IMG/VR virus record: IMGVR_UViG_3300021400_001346
Location: 51,740-115,739 of that record
Direction: 5' to 3' (one strand)
DNA: 64,000 nt
From: a virus
Lineage: Duplodnaviria; Caudoviricetes
In this document: positions 35,328-45,684 of the stretch, piece by piece
How the letters are laid out: each line of letters opens with the position of its first letter
Numbering within the stretch: the first letter of the stretch is position 1
The notes under the pieces: generated by a model
What the model saw: only the letters and a program-made list of their open reading frames with translations
Database searches by the model: none
What the model was told of the DNA's origin: nothing
Translations under genes and position numbers: made by a program

Positions 35328-36078
35328 TAAGAGCTGCCTCAATTTCGCCTAAGAAATAAGAAACCTTTTGCATATTGGCGCAGTCTTCTGTGAAGGTTGT
35401 TGTTGATAATTTTTTACCTGGGAATAATTTTGTAACATATGCAACAATTGCGTTACTTGCATTTTTATCTTTTTGTCCGCTGGCAATAATTTGAATAACA
35501 TGTTCTTTAAGTTTTTCAAAATCTGCTTCTGAAAGTGTTTGACAATTATAATTATCTGCGGCTACTGCAATACCATCGAAATCAATTGCCATTTTGACTT
35601 TTTCATCTTCTGGTAAATCTTCACCTGCATAAATATATAATCCTAAGCCATGTCTTGCACATACTTTAACAAATGCTCTTTGTAAAGCCTTATTAACTGC
35701 GGTTGAAGTAACAACTTCGGCACGGATAGCATTTTGTTTGTTATCCATAACTGGAAGATATTCAATATATTGACGATTATCAATAGTTAAACCAACTTTA
35801 ACATAACAAGTTTTTCCATCTGTAAAATATGGAACTTCGTTAGTTGTTTCTTCAACGGTTACTGATTCATAACCATCTGCTATACTTTTAGTAGTAGTAG
35901 TTGAAGTTACTTCTCTGGTAAAAATTGTATAAACGGCATCGGGATATCTTTTCATGATTTCTCCCCATGCGTATGCCCAACTTAAATATGTTAAACCTAT
36001 TTTTTCTTTTGTCTTATCTTTTAAACTAATTGAATTTAATATATCAAAACTGGTTAATTTCTTTTCTTCGCCTGTCAT
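35305..36078 (-). CDS. ssDNA-annealing protein (Sak3/DUF1071-like)
   Basis: LTYLSWAYAW, LPVMDNK, QRAFVKVCARHGLGLYIYAGEDLP. Confidence 0.85.
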   Translation of the reverse strand: MTGEEKKLTSFDILNSISLKDKTKEKIGLTYLSWAYAWGEIMKRYPDAVYTIFTREVTSTTTTKSIADGYESVTVEETTNEVPYFTDGKTCYVKVGLTIDNRQYIEYLPVMDNKQNAIRAEVVTSTAVNKALQRAFVKVCARHGLGLYIYAGEDLPEDEKVKMAIDFDGIAVAADNYNCQTLSEADFEKLKEHVIQIIASGQKDKNASNAIVAYVTKLFPGKKLSTTTFTEDCANMQKVSYFLGEIEAALNGRNSNN

Positions 36079-36137
36079 TTTTATTCTCCTTTATTAAATA
36101 AGTCTAACGAATAAGCGGCGGTGTTATTTTCCACCGC

Positions 36138-37022
36138 TTAAATTAAACTAGCTTGTCTAGCACTAATTGTTTTACTTGCAGGAACTTCAGTGTTGTCTCC
36201 AGCTGCGGCGCTATTAGCAGCATTTGCTTCTAATTCTTTACCTTCAGCCTTATAAGAATTGACTAAACTATTGATAATAGGTCTTCCATATTGTCTATTA
36301 TCTGTAATAACTGTTGAACCGCTTTCAATGAAGTAGTTATTTTGTTTATTAGTGTATGTTCTTGTAACTGGTGTACCGAAAGCTGCATTGTCGTCTTGAA
36401 CAGTAACTTGTTCAACTTTGAAGATTAATGAACCACTGAATTGAACAGTATCACCGGCTTGGTATAATTTTTGAATACTATTAACAACATCAGTTCTTGC
36501 TGGATCAACGTGAAGAGTGAATAAACTCATCTTGTCACCTGCATAATTTGCTTGAGCAAGTCCTAAATCATAACGATAAATTTCGTTTTCTTTATTTTTC
36601 TTTTCAGTTAAAGTTGTAACAATGAATCCACCTAAAATGAAACGAGCGACATCTGGTTCAGTAACTACAACGCCTTTAACGAAGTTGCCTGATAATTGAG
36701 TTGCAGATGCTAATTGTTTTGTTTTAGTGCTGAAGAATCTGTTTTCTCTTAATGAACCATCAATTTGAACTTTCTTGCCAACTAATGAACCCATTTTAGA
36801 ATAAGATTCATAAAGTTTATTTGGAGTTTTATCTGCTTTTAATTGATTTGAGTAGAATCTAACTGGATATTCACAATGAATACCGTTAATTTCTGCACCA
36901 ACAAGTGCTTCTACTGAAATGTAACCAGCTCCATCTGATTTCTTATTACCATACTTAATTTGTGCATCTAGTAATGTTCCAACGATTGTAAATGAGTTTT
37001 CTCTGTAAAATGTGTCTGCCAT
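36138..37022 (-). CDS. ssb: Single-stranded DNA-binding protein (two OB-fold-like halves)
   Basis: N-terminal NSFTIVGTL and VQIDGSLREN pattern, flexible C-tail, adjacent to the annealing protein. Confidence 0.65.
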   Translation of the reverse strand: MADTFYRENSFTIVGTLLDAQIKYGNKKSDGAGYISVEALVGAEINGIHCEYPVRFYSNQLKADKTPNKLYESYSKMGSLVGKKVQIDGSLRENRFFSTKTKQLASATQLSGNFVKGVVVTEPDVARFILGGFIVTTLTEKKNKENEIYRYDLGLAQANYAGDKMSLFTLHVDPARTDVVNSIQKLYQAGDTVQFSGSLIFKVEQVTVQDDNAAFGTPVTRTYTNKQNNYFIESGSTVITDNRQYGRPIINSLVNSYKAEGKELEANAANSAAAGDNTEVPASKTISARQASLI

Positions 37023-37105
37023 AATTTCTCCTTTTTAATTTTCTCTTTTAATTATTCTAGCAAAGTTTTTTCTTTTGCGCAAGCTACATTTCAATTGCGC
37101 AGAAG

Positions 37106-37375
37106 TTAATTTTGATATGAACGACCAAAGTCGGTCAATAAATATGTTTGATATTCTTTAGGTTTTGTTTCGCCCTTAATATTAGTAAAGTTTCTAGTGA
37201 TAGGGTCTCCCTTTTGGACTAGTTTTCTGTTTACTAAAGAGTTAAGGACAGGATAAATACCTTTAATTCCTGTTGCATCAGCGATGTCTTTTCCAACTAA
37301 TAATTCGTCATGCCCTTGCATATATTCAAGAACAACCTTACCATTATCAGTTAAAATAATCTTATCATCATTCAT
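37106..37375 (-). CDS. Small winged-helix DNA-binding protein
   Basis: LTDNGKVVLEYM...DIADATG...VLNSLVNRKLV...YLLTDFG wHTH pattern. Confidence 0.7.
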   Translation of the reverse strand: MNDDKIILTDNGKVVLEYMQGHDELLVGKDIADATGIKGIYPVLNSLVNRKLVQKGDPITRNFTNIKGETKPKEYQTYLLTDFGRSYQN

Positions 37376-37437
37376 GCTTGTGTCTCCTTTTAATATTTTG
37401 TCTTATTAATACTATGTAGCGAGTAATTAACAAATAC

Positions 37438-37466
37438 ATTATATTAATGTAAATGGGCTTAGTCAA
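37438..37466 (-). promoter_or_regulatory. Sigma-A-type promoter
   Basis: TTGACT-17 bp-TATAAT on the minus strand upstream of the wHTH/ssb/replisome genes. Confidence 0.8.
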
Positions 37467-37477
37467 TATTGTTTTGC

Positions 37478-39721
37478 TTAAATAATATCTTCTAGTACCC
37501 TGTTAGTGATAAGCGCTCCAGTCGCAGTTTTACTCTTAATGGATACTTTATCGCGGCTAATTGATAATACTTTGCCGCCTTTCAAGATACCATAAATAGT
37601 ATCTCTACCATTGACAAAAGGTTTAATCCATTTAGTTTTTTCAAGAACGAGCTGTCCTTTATTTCCGCGGCTATCGACTCCAAAGTCTTGAACGGCGGTT
37701 AATTTACCTTTGCGGTCGTCGGTTACCATTAATAAGTAATCTTGGTTGTTAACTGCCATTGCGGCCACAATGTTGGTGAATCCGGTTTTTACACCAAGCG
37801 TAAGTCTGCCTGCAACTGGCAAGTCTTTAACTGCCAACTTTAAGATATGTTCAGCGCCGTCATATAACACAATAAAGTCATTATCGTCTACAAATCCAAC
37901 GAAAACTAAGCTATCGTTTTCTTTGAGTTTCATAACCTTATCGGCCTTTTTAAGTTTATAATCACTAACTAAACTAACTTTAATATTACCATTTTTGGTA
38001 ACTGCTACCAATTTGTCTTTTGAACTATCGTGAACCGTAGCGCCGCGAATAATTACGCCGCTGTAGTTATTAACAGGTGCAAATTGTTCTTTATCATATA
38101 CAAAGATGTCATCTGTTGAATAAGCAAAGACGATGTCTTTTAAGCAACTGCCGAGATCCGCGATGGAGTTAGTACTACTATGTACACCGTCATCAAAGAT
38201 TTTCCATTCTTTGCGGATAACAATTGGTGCGGTGGCACTATTATTGCTTACTTCTTCAAGAGGACGGCGATAAACAATTTCGGTTAAACGCTTATCTTCG
38301 CCAACAACTTTCTTAATCTCTGCCAAATCAGCACGAATTACTTTATAACGTTCTTGTTCATCTGTAATGATTTTGTTTAATTTGGCAAGTTGTTCTTCTA
38401 AATCACTACGAGTTTGATTTAATTCCTTAATGTCAAGTCGATTTAGGCGGCTTAATTTCATATCTAAAACCGCATTGGCTTGTTCTTCATTAAGTTCAAA
38501 AGTCTTCATAAGCGATTGTAGAGCCGCAATTCTACTTGGGGCATTGCGGACAATTTGAACAAGTAAATCAATATCACTCATACATTTTTGTAAGCCAAGA
38601 GTAATAGTTAGTTTATGATTAGTCTTGTCGTAGTCTGTTTGGGCAATCTTTCTAATGATGCCGCTACGATAGTTTACCCAATACTCTATCATCTGTTTAA
38701 GATTAAGAATACGAGGTTCACCATTAATGATAAGGGTTTGGTTAATTTTTACTGTTTCTGCGAGTCTTGTTTTTGTCATTAAGAGATTTAAACATTCTTG
38801 AATGTTAGCGTCTTTACTTAATACAACAACAATATCTACACGCCCCATATCATCTTTCTTTAAGGTGTAAATATTTTGAAATGCTTCATAACCATCTTCT
38901 AAAATTAATTTTTTAAGAGGCGCCTTAACACCGTCTTCAACATTAACCCCATAAGGAAGGTCATGAAAGGTAATTAATGTTTCTTTTCCTTGTTTAGAAA
39001 TATCATAATGTGCGGTCATTTTTACATTGCCGCGACCAGTAGAATATATATTTAACAATTCATCGCCATTAGTAATGATACCGCCAGTTGGAAAATCAGG
39101 ACCTTTAATATATTGCATTAAATCAATGATTTTACAATCTGGGTGCGCCATATAATAATTAATGGCGTCTGCTACTTCTGTAAAGTTATGCGATACCAAA
39201 TTACTGCCCATACCAACTGCAATGCCTTCATTATTGCCGCAAAGTAAATAAGGGAATTTAGAAGGTAAAGTAACTGGTTCTTGCAATGTGCCATCATAAT
39301 TTGGCTTCCAGTTAATACAATTCTTATCAAGGTCTTCAAGCATTAACATACCGATTTCACTTAAACGGCATTCTGTATATCTTGAAGCCGCAGGTCCGTC
39401 ACCTAAAACGTTACCAGCATTACCTTGAATATAAACTAATGGATATCTTAATTTCCACCATTGTCCTAAACGAACTAATGCACCATAAGCAGATGCATCG
39501 CCATGAGGGGAATACTTCATGGCGGAACCTACCTCAGTCGCACATTTTTTAGTTTTCTTATCGGCATACACTTTATCTTCATATAAAGTATAAAGTATTT
39601 TACGATGAATTGGCTTTAAATTATCTTCTGCGTATGGAATTGCACGGCTTTTAATAACACTATTGGCATAAACAAGAAAATCATTTTTACTACGTTCGTT
39701 TAAAAGATTTTCATTAGCCAT
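37478..39721 (-). CDS. gyrA: Type IIA topoisomerase subunit A (GyrA/ParC family)
   Basis: DNLKPIHRKILY, YSPHGD, AASRYTE catalytic Tyr, GPDFPTGG, C-terminal pinwheel repeats. No canonical GyrA box seen, so it may be ParC-like. Confidence 0.9.
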   Translation of the reverse strand: MANENLLNERSKNDFLVYANSVIKSRAIPYAEDNLKPIHRKILYTLYEDKVYADKKTKKCATEVGSAMKYSPHGDASAYGALVRLGQWWKLRYPLVYIQGNAGNVLGDGPAASRYTECRLSEIGMLMLEDLDKNCINWKPNYDGTLQEPVTLPSKFPYLLCGNNEGIAVGMGSNLVSHNFTEVADAINYYMAHPDCKIIDLMQYIKGPDFPTGGIITNGDELLNIYSTGRGNVKMTAHYDISKQGKETLITFHDLPYGVNVEDGVKAPLKKLILEDGYEAFQNIYTLKKDDMGRVDIVVVLSKDANIQECLNLLMTKTRLAETVKINQTLIINGEPRILNLKQMIEYWVNYRSGIIRKIAQTDYDKTNHKLTITLGLQKCMSDIDLLVQIVRNAPSRIAALQSLMKTFELNEEQANAVLDMKLSRLNRLDIKELNQTRSDLEEQLAKLNKIITDEQERYKVIRADLAEIKKVVGEDKRLTEIVYRRPLEEVSNNSATAPIVIRKEWKIFDDGVHSSTNSIADLGSCLKDIVFAYSTDDIFVYDKEQFAPVNNYSGVIIRGATVHDSSKDKLVAVTKNGNIKVSLVSDYKLKKADKVMKLKENDSLVFVGFVDDNDFIVLYDGAEHILKLAVKDLPVAGRLTLGVKTGFTNIVAAMAVNNQDYLLMVTDDRKGKLTAVQDFGVDSRGNKGQLVLEKTKWIKPFVNGRDTIYGILKGGKVLSISRDKVSIKSKTATGALITNRVLEDII

Positions 39722-39723
39722 GG

Positions 39724-39966
39724 TTATTCTCCTTTCTTTTCAGCAGCCGCCTTCGCAGCCTCTTCTTGTAATTTAAAAAGTTCTGTAACTGTAACAACTC
39801 TACCGTCATCTAATTTAATAGATACATGGTCCTCAAGAAGACAAAGTCTTTGATTAAGAACATTGATAAAAGATATTAAAACTGAAACAGGGGTATCTGG
39901 TCCCAAGTTAATATCTTTCCAACTTTGAGGGGCGGTTGATTGTTGTTGTTGTTTATTTTCTTCCAT
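39724..39966 (-). CDS. Hypothetical protein
   Basis: 80 aa between the topoisomerase subunits, AAGGAG RBS. Confidence 0.7.
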   Translation of the reverse strand: MEENKQQQQSTAPQSWKDINLGPDTPVSVLISFINVLNQRLCLLEDHVSIKLDDGRVVTVTELFKLQEEAAKAAAEKKGE

Positions 39967-39987
39967 ATTATTATGCTCCTTTATATT

Positions 39988-40016
39988 ATTATATGTTTGT
40001 CAATTCTTATTGTCAA
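39988..40016 (-). promoter_or_regulatory. Consensus sigma-A promoter
   Basis: Exact TTGACA-17 bp-TATAAT. Confidence 0.85.
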
Positions 40017-40020
40017 TAAA

Positions 40021-41961
40021 TTATTCTATATCATCGTCATCATATTCTTCTTCAAAAAGGTCATCATCACCTTTAATTGATGATAATCTGTTTTGAATAA
40101 TGAAATCACGACGTAATTGTGCACTTTTACCCATTAAACTGTCGTATAAGTCTAGTGTGGCTTGCATGTCGTCAGTTGTTAACTGGACTAAATGACGATT
40201 AGCAGGGTCCATGGTCGTTGAGTAGAGTTCTTCCGCGTCCATTTCGCCCAATCCTTTGTACCTTGTGATCTCGCATTTGTGGCTTTTGATATATTTTCGA
40301 TATTCTGCATTGTCTTCGTACCAATATTTAGTTCCATCACGAGCCGCGACGGTTCTATATAATGGAGGTGTGGCCGCGTAAACTTTGCCAGCCTCGACTA
40401 ATTCAGGCAGATGATGTAAAAATAGTGTCATGAGTAAAAGTTCTATATGTTTCCCATCTGAGTCAGCATCCGTTAATATAATTAGCTTATCATATCTTAA
40501 ATTTTTAATGTTGAAGTATTCACCGACGCCGCACCCCAAGCAATTTAAGATACCTTGTATGATTTCACTTTTGATTGCATCTGCTAATTCTAGGCTAGTG
40601 CAATTTTTAATCTTGCCTCTTAAAGGAAGCACTGCCTGATTTTTTGCTTTACTGAGCTTAAGATTGCCTGCTGCTGAATCACCTTCACAGAAGAATAATT
40701 CCGCATTGTTGAAATCAATAGCATCGCATAACTTCTCTGGTAAATCTCTTAAACTATTAAGATTTTTACCGCCTTTTGTAATTTTTTCTTGGGCTTCACG
40801 TTTTCTCGCGGCGGCATCTTCAGCCTTTTGCTCAATCATAATCTTCTTAAAGATTTGTTCACCAACTTTCTTTTCAAAAGTTAATTGCCCAACGGCTTGA
40901 CTGCACCATTTACGGGCTTCAGGTGAATTTAAAGTAAGTTTAGTTTGTTCACCGAATAAAGGACGTGTACTCATCTTAATAGATAAAACCAATACTAATC
41001 CTTTACGAACAATATCGCCGCTAAAGTTTTTATCCTTATCTTTAAGAATTTCTAACTCACGCGCGGTTTTATTTATTAATGATGTATAAGCGGTTTTCCA
41101 ACCTGTAACGTGTGTACCATCGTTTGGTGTGTAGCCGCCATTGACGAAGGAATAAATGGTTTCAAATGCCTTGTCGCAATAGGCAAAAGCCATTTCAACT
41201 TCGCAGGTGCCTTTATCATCGCTCACGGTAGTCTTGAAGTAATTTGGGTCGGTTAGCATGGTTAGACCGGCGCATTTTATCTTTAGCATATCTTTGATGC
41301 CGTTAGAATAGCAGAAGGTATTTCTCTTTTTACCATCTGCCCAAAGTTCAAAGGTAATGCCATTATTTAAGAGTGCGTGTAATTGCAATTCGTCAGCAAT
41401 ACGATTAAGATCCCACTTATTATCATTACCAAAAACGGTAGCATCTGGTATAAAACTAACAATTGTGCCGCTTGTGTGTCCTTTGGCGGGTTCAATGAAT
41501 GGGTCATCGTCATAACTGCCGTCAAACACTTCAAACTTACAATGTTCGTCATCTCTCCAAACTTCTATAGAAAATTCAGATGAGAGTGCGTTAGTTACGG
41601 TGGCACCAACACCATTTAGACCAAGAGAACTTTTATAGTTACCTTGTCCAGTGAATTTACCTCCTGAATGAAGGTTAGTACACATTTCAATTATCGCCCA
41701 TTGACCACTTGCGTTGCGGCGGAATGGAATACCACGACCGTTATCAATAACAGTAGCTCGATTTTCTTCTGTATTGATTTTTACGGTAATTAATTTACCA
41801 TATCCCGCGGCGGCTTCGTCCATAGCATTGGCTACGATTTCAGTAAGCAGATGGTGTAAACCATTAGAGTCTGCTGCACCGATATACATACCTAAACTTT
41901 CTCGTGCCGCTTGTCGATAGTCAAGAGTGATGATTGAATTTTCATCATACTTTTGTATCAT
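40021..41961 (-). CDS. gyrB: Type IIA topoisomerase subunit B (GyrB/ParE family)
   Basis: EIVANAMDE, DNGRGIP, LHSGGKF, GLNGVG, EGDSA, PLRGKI, TDADSDG, RYKGLGEM. Confidence 0.92.
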   Translation of the reverse strand: MIQKYDENSIITLDYRQAARESLGMYIGAADSNGLHHLLTEIVANAMDEAAAGYGKLITVKINTEENRATVIDNGRGIPFRRNASGQWAIIEMCTNLHSGGKFTGQGNYKSSLGLNGVGATVTNALSSEFSIEVWRDDEHCKFEVFDGSYDDDPFIEPAKGHTSGTIVSFIPDATVFGNDNKWDLNRIADELQLHALLNNGITFELWADGKKRNTFCYSNGIKDMLKIKCAGLTMLTDPNYFKTTVSDDKGTCEVEMAFAYCDKAFETIYSFVNGGYTPNDGTHVTGWKTAYTSLINKTARELEILKDKDKNFSGDIVRKGLVLVLSIKMSTRPLFGEQTKLTLNSPEARKWCSQAVGQLTFEKKVGEQIFKKIMIEQKAEDAAARKREAQEKITKGGKNLNSLRDLPEKLCDAIDFNNAELFFCEGDSAAGNLKLSKAKNQAVLPLRGKIKNCTSLELADAIKSEIIQGILNCLGCGVGEYFNIKNLRYDKLIILTDADSDGKHIELLLMTLFLHHLPELVEAGKVYAATPPLYRTVAARDGTKYWYEDNAEYRKYIKSHKCEITRYKGLGEMDAEELYSTTMDPANRHLVQLTTDDMQATLDLYDSLMGKSAQLRRDFIIQNRLSSIKGDDDLFEEEYDDDDIE

Positions 41962-41990
41962 ATCTATCTCCTTTAATAATAAATCATGTA

Positions 41991-42018
41991 AATAAAAAGT
42001 ACCGGTTTAACGGTACTT
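41991..42018 (-). terminator. Terminator-like hairpin in the gyrB leader
   Basis: Minus strand AAGTACCG-TTAAAC-CGGTACTT followed by TTTATTT. Confidence 0.65.
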
Positions 42019-42115
42019 ATAGTCTGCCTTAAGTATGTGTATATTGATTAATGGTAAGTAATGATTAATGATTAATCTCAACACCCTAATTCCTTTTTCC
42101 CGGTTCCCTAATTAT

Positions 42116-42144
42116 ATAGTAGTAAATTAAGCGACTTTTGTCAA
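42116..42144 (-). promoter_or_regulatory. Sigma-A-type promoter about 150 nt upstream of gyrB
   Basis: TTGACA-17 bp-TACTAT. Confidence 0.65.
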
Positions 42145-42201
42145 GGAAAAGTTTATTAGTTAAGATAAAGATTTTAATTTTTGAGTTCAATTTGGCTTAA
42201 A

Positions 42202-44034
42202 TTATTCGTCAATTGGGTCCTTAAAGAGAATGTATAAGTCATCATCATACCACAAAAAGCGTGGAGAATTTTTAGTAGCCTGAATGGTTGTTGGATCGAC
42301 ATCTGAATATTCAACAAATTCGAAGATACCTGTTGGACCAATATCACCTTGCGCACCGGTTGGGCCTGTACTTCCTGTTGGACCAACACTGCCTGTAGCA
42401 CCAGTTTGTCCAGTTGGACCGATATTACCTTGTTTACCTGTTGGGCCAATAGTACTAACGAACACGGCATTACCACTTGGGTCATAGATATAGATGCCGT
42501 TCTCTGCTACTTCAATGCTGTAATTGGCTGGAGTTAAACCAGTTGGACCAATATCACCAGTTTCACCCTTTTCGCCCTTTTCACCAGTTGGACCAGTAGG
42601 ACCTACATTTCCTTGAGGACCAGTTGGACCCATTAAACCTGTAGGACCAATATCTCCAGTTGGGCCAGTGTCACCTTTTGCGCCTGTAGGGCCTACGGTA
42701 CTTACAAAGATGGCATTACCAGATGGATCGTATATGTAAATGCCACTATCTGTAGTTTCAATTGAATATGATTCAGGAGTTAAACCTGTAGGACCAACAC
42801 TGCCGGTTGGACCTTGAGGGCCTGTGTTTCCTTTCGCGCCTGTTGGACCAGTAGGACCGACAGTAGAAACAAACACGGCTTGACCAGATGGGTCATATAT
42901 ATAGATACCATTATTAGTGGTTTCAATAGCATAAGAATCGGCACTTGGACCAGTTGGACCAATACTACCAGTTGGACCAGTAGGACCTTTTTTACCTTGT
43001 GGACCAGTAGGACCGATACCGCCTGTTAATCCAGTTGGACCTCTTTCACCAGTTGGACCGATTGGACCGGCGTTTCCTTTTGGACCTGTTGGACCTACAC
43101 TACCAGTTGGACCAATGCTACCTGTTGGACCTGGTGCGCCAGTTCTACCTTGCGGACCAGTTGCACCTGTAGGACCTTGAGCGCCTGGAATACCAGTTGG
43201 ACCAATAGCACCAGTATCACCTTTTATACCTCGTGCACCTGTTGGACCAGTATAACCTATTTGCCCTTGCGGACCTGTTGGACCAGGAACACCTTTTTCA
43301 CCTTGTGGTCCTCTTATACCAGTTGCACCTGTAGCACCTATTGCACCTTGAGGACCAGTAGGACCTATTGGACCACTTTGTCCCGCGCTACCTTGCGGAC
43401 CTGTTGGACCAATATTGCCTTGTTCGCCTTTAGGACCTGTAGGACCAATATCTCCAGTTGGACCTTTTTTACCGTCAGAACCAGTTGGACCGGTTTTACC
43501 TATTGGACCCATTGCGCCAGTAGGACCGATTGCGCCAGTAGGACCGATTGCGCCAGTAGGGCCAGTGTCTCCTTGCATACCAATTGGTCCAGTGTCGCCT
43601 TGCGCACCGGTTGGACCGACGCTACCAGTTTCACCAGTTGGACCAACTTCACCTTGCGGACCTGTTGGACCGATATCTCCAGCAGGACCAGTTGGACCGA
43701 TGTCACCCTTTTGACCCGCGGAACCTGTAGGACCAGGTTGTCCTTGTGGACCCGTAGGACCGATTTCACCCGTTGGACCGATTGGGCCGCCATGAGGACC
43801 AGTTGGCCCCATTGGACCAGTAGGACCTAAACCACCAGGTTCACCTTTGTCTCCCTTAGGACCTTGAGGACCTTGCGCGCCATTAATATATGTTGTAGAA
43901 TGTAAAGAGGAAGTTTCACCTTCTTGCTGAAAAGAGCCGGTCACATGAACGGCTTGATGAACATCAACTTTTTGGGTTTGTCTAATACTATTAAGTGTTA
44001 TTAATTCAACTTGACGAGTAGATGTTTTATCCAT
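42202..44034 (-). CDS. Collagen-like fibre protein (GPT-rich) with three 30-aa interrupting modules
   Basis: Long G-X-Y runs dominated by GPT; modules at about 42859-42948, 42694-42783, 42448-42537. Confidence 0.9.
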   Translation of the reverse strand: MDKTSTRQVELITLNSIRQTQKVDVHQAVHVTGSFQQEGETSSLHSTTYINGAQGPQGPKGDKGEPGGLGPTGPMGPTGPHGGPIGPTGEIGPTGPQGQPGPTGSAGQKGDIGPTGPAGDIGPTGPQGEVGPTGETGSVGPTGAQGDTGPIGMQGDTGPTGAIGPTGAIGPTGAMGPIGKTGPTGSDGKKGPTGDIGPTGPKGEQGNIGPTGPQGSAGQSGPIGPTGPQGAIGATGATGIRGPQGEKGVPGPTGPQGQIGYTGPTGARGIKGDTGAIGPTGIPGAQGPTGATGPQGRTGAPGPTGSIGPTGSVGPTGPKGNAGPIGPTGERGPTGLTGGIGPTGPQGKKGPTGPTGSIGPTGPSADSYAIETTNNGIYIYDPSGQAVFVSTVGPTGPTGAKGNTGPQGPTGSVGPTGLTPESYSIETTDSGIYIYDPSGNAIFVSTVGPTGAKGDTGPTGDIGPTGLMGPTGPQGNVGPTGPTGEKGEKGETGDIGPTGLTPANYSIEVAENGIYIYDPSGNAVFVSTIGPTGKQGNIGPTGQTGATGSVGPTGSTGPTGAQGDIGPTGIFEFVEYSDVDPTTIQATKNSPRFLWYDDDLYILFKDPIDE

Positions 44035-44038
44035 ACTA

Positions 44039-44347
44039 CTATTCTCCTGAAGAAATTTCTACGACATTAACTTTTCTTTTAACTACCAATTCACCATTAT
44101 AAACAATGGTCCATACATCATCATTAGAAAAATGTACAGTAATATCATAAGAATATGTGCCAACTCTTAAAGTTTTAGTAGTTTCTGGGCTAAGAGTAAC
44201 TGTCCAAACACCAGAATTGTTTGTACGTTGTTCACATTCTTTTTGTATATTTAATACTTTAGAAGAAAAATAAACATGTGCAATATCTTGATCAGAGTTA
44301 AAGTCGAAATCCGCAATTAATGTATCTCCTTGAACAATTGTTAACAT
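44039..44347 (-). CDS. Small Ig-like/BppU-like virion adaptor
   Basis: Start MLTIVQGDT at 44347 (GGAGGA RBS); GTYSYDITV...[11 protein letters not shown] pattern typical of fibre-anchoring proteins. Confidence 0.6.
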   Translation of the reverse strand: MLTIVQGDTLIADFDFNSDQDIAHVYFSSKVLNIQKECEQRTNNSGVWTVTLSPETTKTLRVGTYSYDITVHFSNDDVWTIVYNGELVVKRKVNVVEISSGE

Positions 44348-44380
44348 ACGCTTTCCTCCATAATTTTTCATTATATAATC

Positions 44381-44409
44381 ATTATACAAATTAAAAAGAG
44401 CTTAGTCAA
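44381..44409 (-). promoter_or_regulatory. Sigma-A-type promoter overlapping a terminator hairpin
   Basis: TTGACT-17 bp-TATAAT; the -35 lies in the loop of the 44395-44418 hairpin. Confidence 0.75.
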
Positions 44410-44418
44410 AAGCTCTTT
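44393..44418 (-). terminator. Intrinsic terminator after the uracil permease
   Basis: AAAGAGCT-8 nt loop-AGCTCTTT running into a T tract on the minus strand. Confidence 0.65.
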
Positions 44419-45684
44419 CTATTTCTTTTTGTTTTTTAAAATAAGATTTAGTAGCACGCCCAATACCATTGCTAGTGCAACGCCAGTGAAACTTGCTGAC
44501 CATAAGAATAGTCCACTAACTCCAACGGTCAAGATAACACTTACAATGATAAGGTTTTTAGGCTCTTCTAAGTCAGGTTTGGCCGCGAGTAATGTTTTAA
44601 GCCCGCTTGCTGCAATATAACCGTAGAGAATCATCGCTACGCCGCCAAAGACAGCAGATGGTATTGAAGAAATAAAGACGGTAATTGGTGCAAAGAAGCC
44701 CATACCTATTAATACAACTGCGGTTGCTGTACTAATCCATACACTTGCAACTCGGCTGAATCCAATCGCGGCGATACTTTCACCATAGGAAGTATTAGGT
44801 AAGCCACCAATAATTGTTCCTATCGTAGACGCAACACCATCGCCAAGTAAAGTTCTACTCATGCCTGGGTCAAGCGTTAAGTCGGTTCCGATAATATTAG
44901 ATAAAACCTTATGGTCCGAATAATGCTCAAGTGCCGCGCAGATAGAAACTGGTAAGAAGAGAATAATTACATCAATAATATGTTTTGCTTCAAATGGACT
45001 ATTGCCCCATTGCATAAATGCGAAACTATTTGGATTAAACCACTCAAAGCCTTGGAAGGCCGCGAAGATACCGAAATCATAAGCGGAACTTGCTTCCAAA
45101 ACAATTGCAAGAACATAACCAATGCCAAGACCAATTAAGAATGAAATAGTTTTAATAAAGCCTTTGCAATAGTGAGTAATAAGAGCAGTTGCAATCATGG
45201 TAACTACTGCGACAACCATTGGAATTCAATCAATGCCAATATAAGTTGGCAAGAAGCCCGCCAAATTTAAACCAATAACCATAGTGACTGGACCAACGAT
45301 AATGGCTGGGAAGATACGTTCAAACAACTTTTTACCAAAGAAATGAACTAATAAAGCAAAAGCACCATATACGATTAATATTACTGCGCCGCCAATTGCA
45401 ACAGCGATATAGTTATTTCCTCCGCCGAGAGCCAATGCTCCGACGACTGCGCTGACTGTGGCGCCGCAAGAAGAAATAAACATTGGGGATTTGAATTTAG
45501 TAAAGAATTGATAGATTAATGTACCAACACCGGCGCCAATTAGACATGAAGGAATTGGAGTGCCGCAAATATTAGCAATTAAAACTGTGGCGACAAATAC
45601 ACTTAACAACATTTGTAAAGTATATAATATCCATTCATACCACTTACGAGGACGTTCATTCACTTGATAGATTAAATTATTCAT
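44419..45684 (-). CDS. uraA: Uracil/xanthine permease (NCS2, UraA/PyrP-like), 421 aa
   Basis: Many TM helices; GGLPNTSYGES signature; SIPSAVFGG; single TGA at 45226 joins two track ORFs. Confidence 0.88.

Noticed and set aside
42174-43830. Many overlapping and antisense ORFs on the collagen genes (also 56339-58916)
   Set aside because: Shadow frames of the GGN-CCN-ACN repeat with no RBS.
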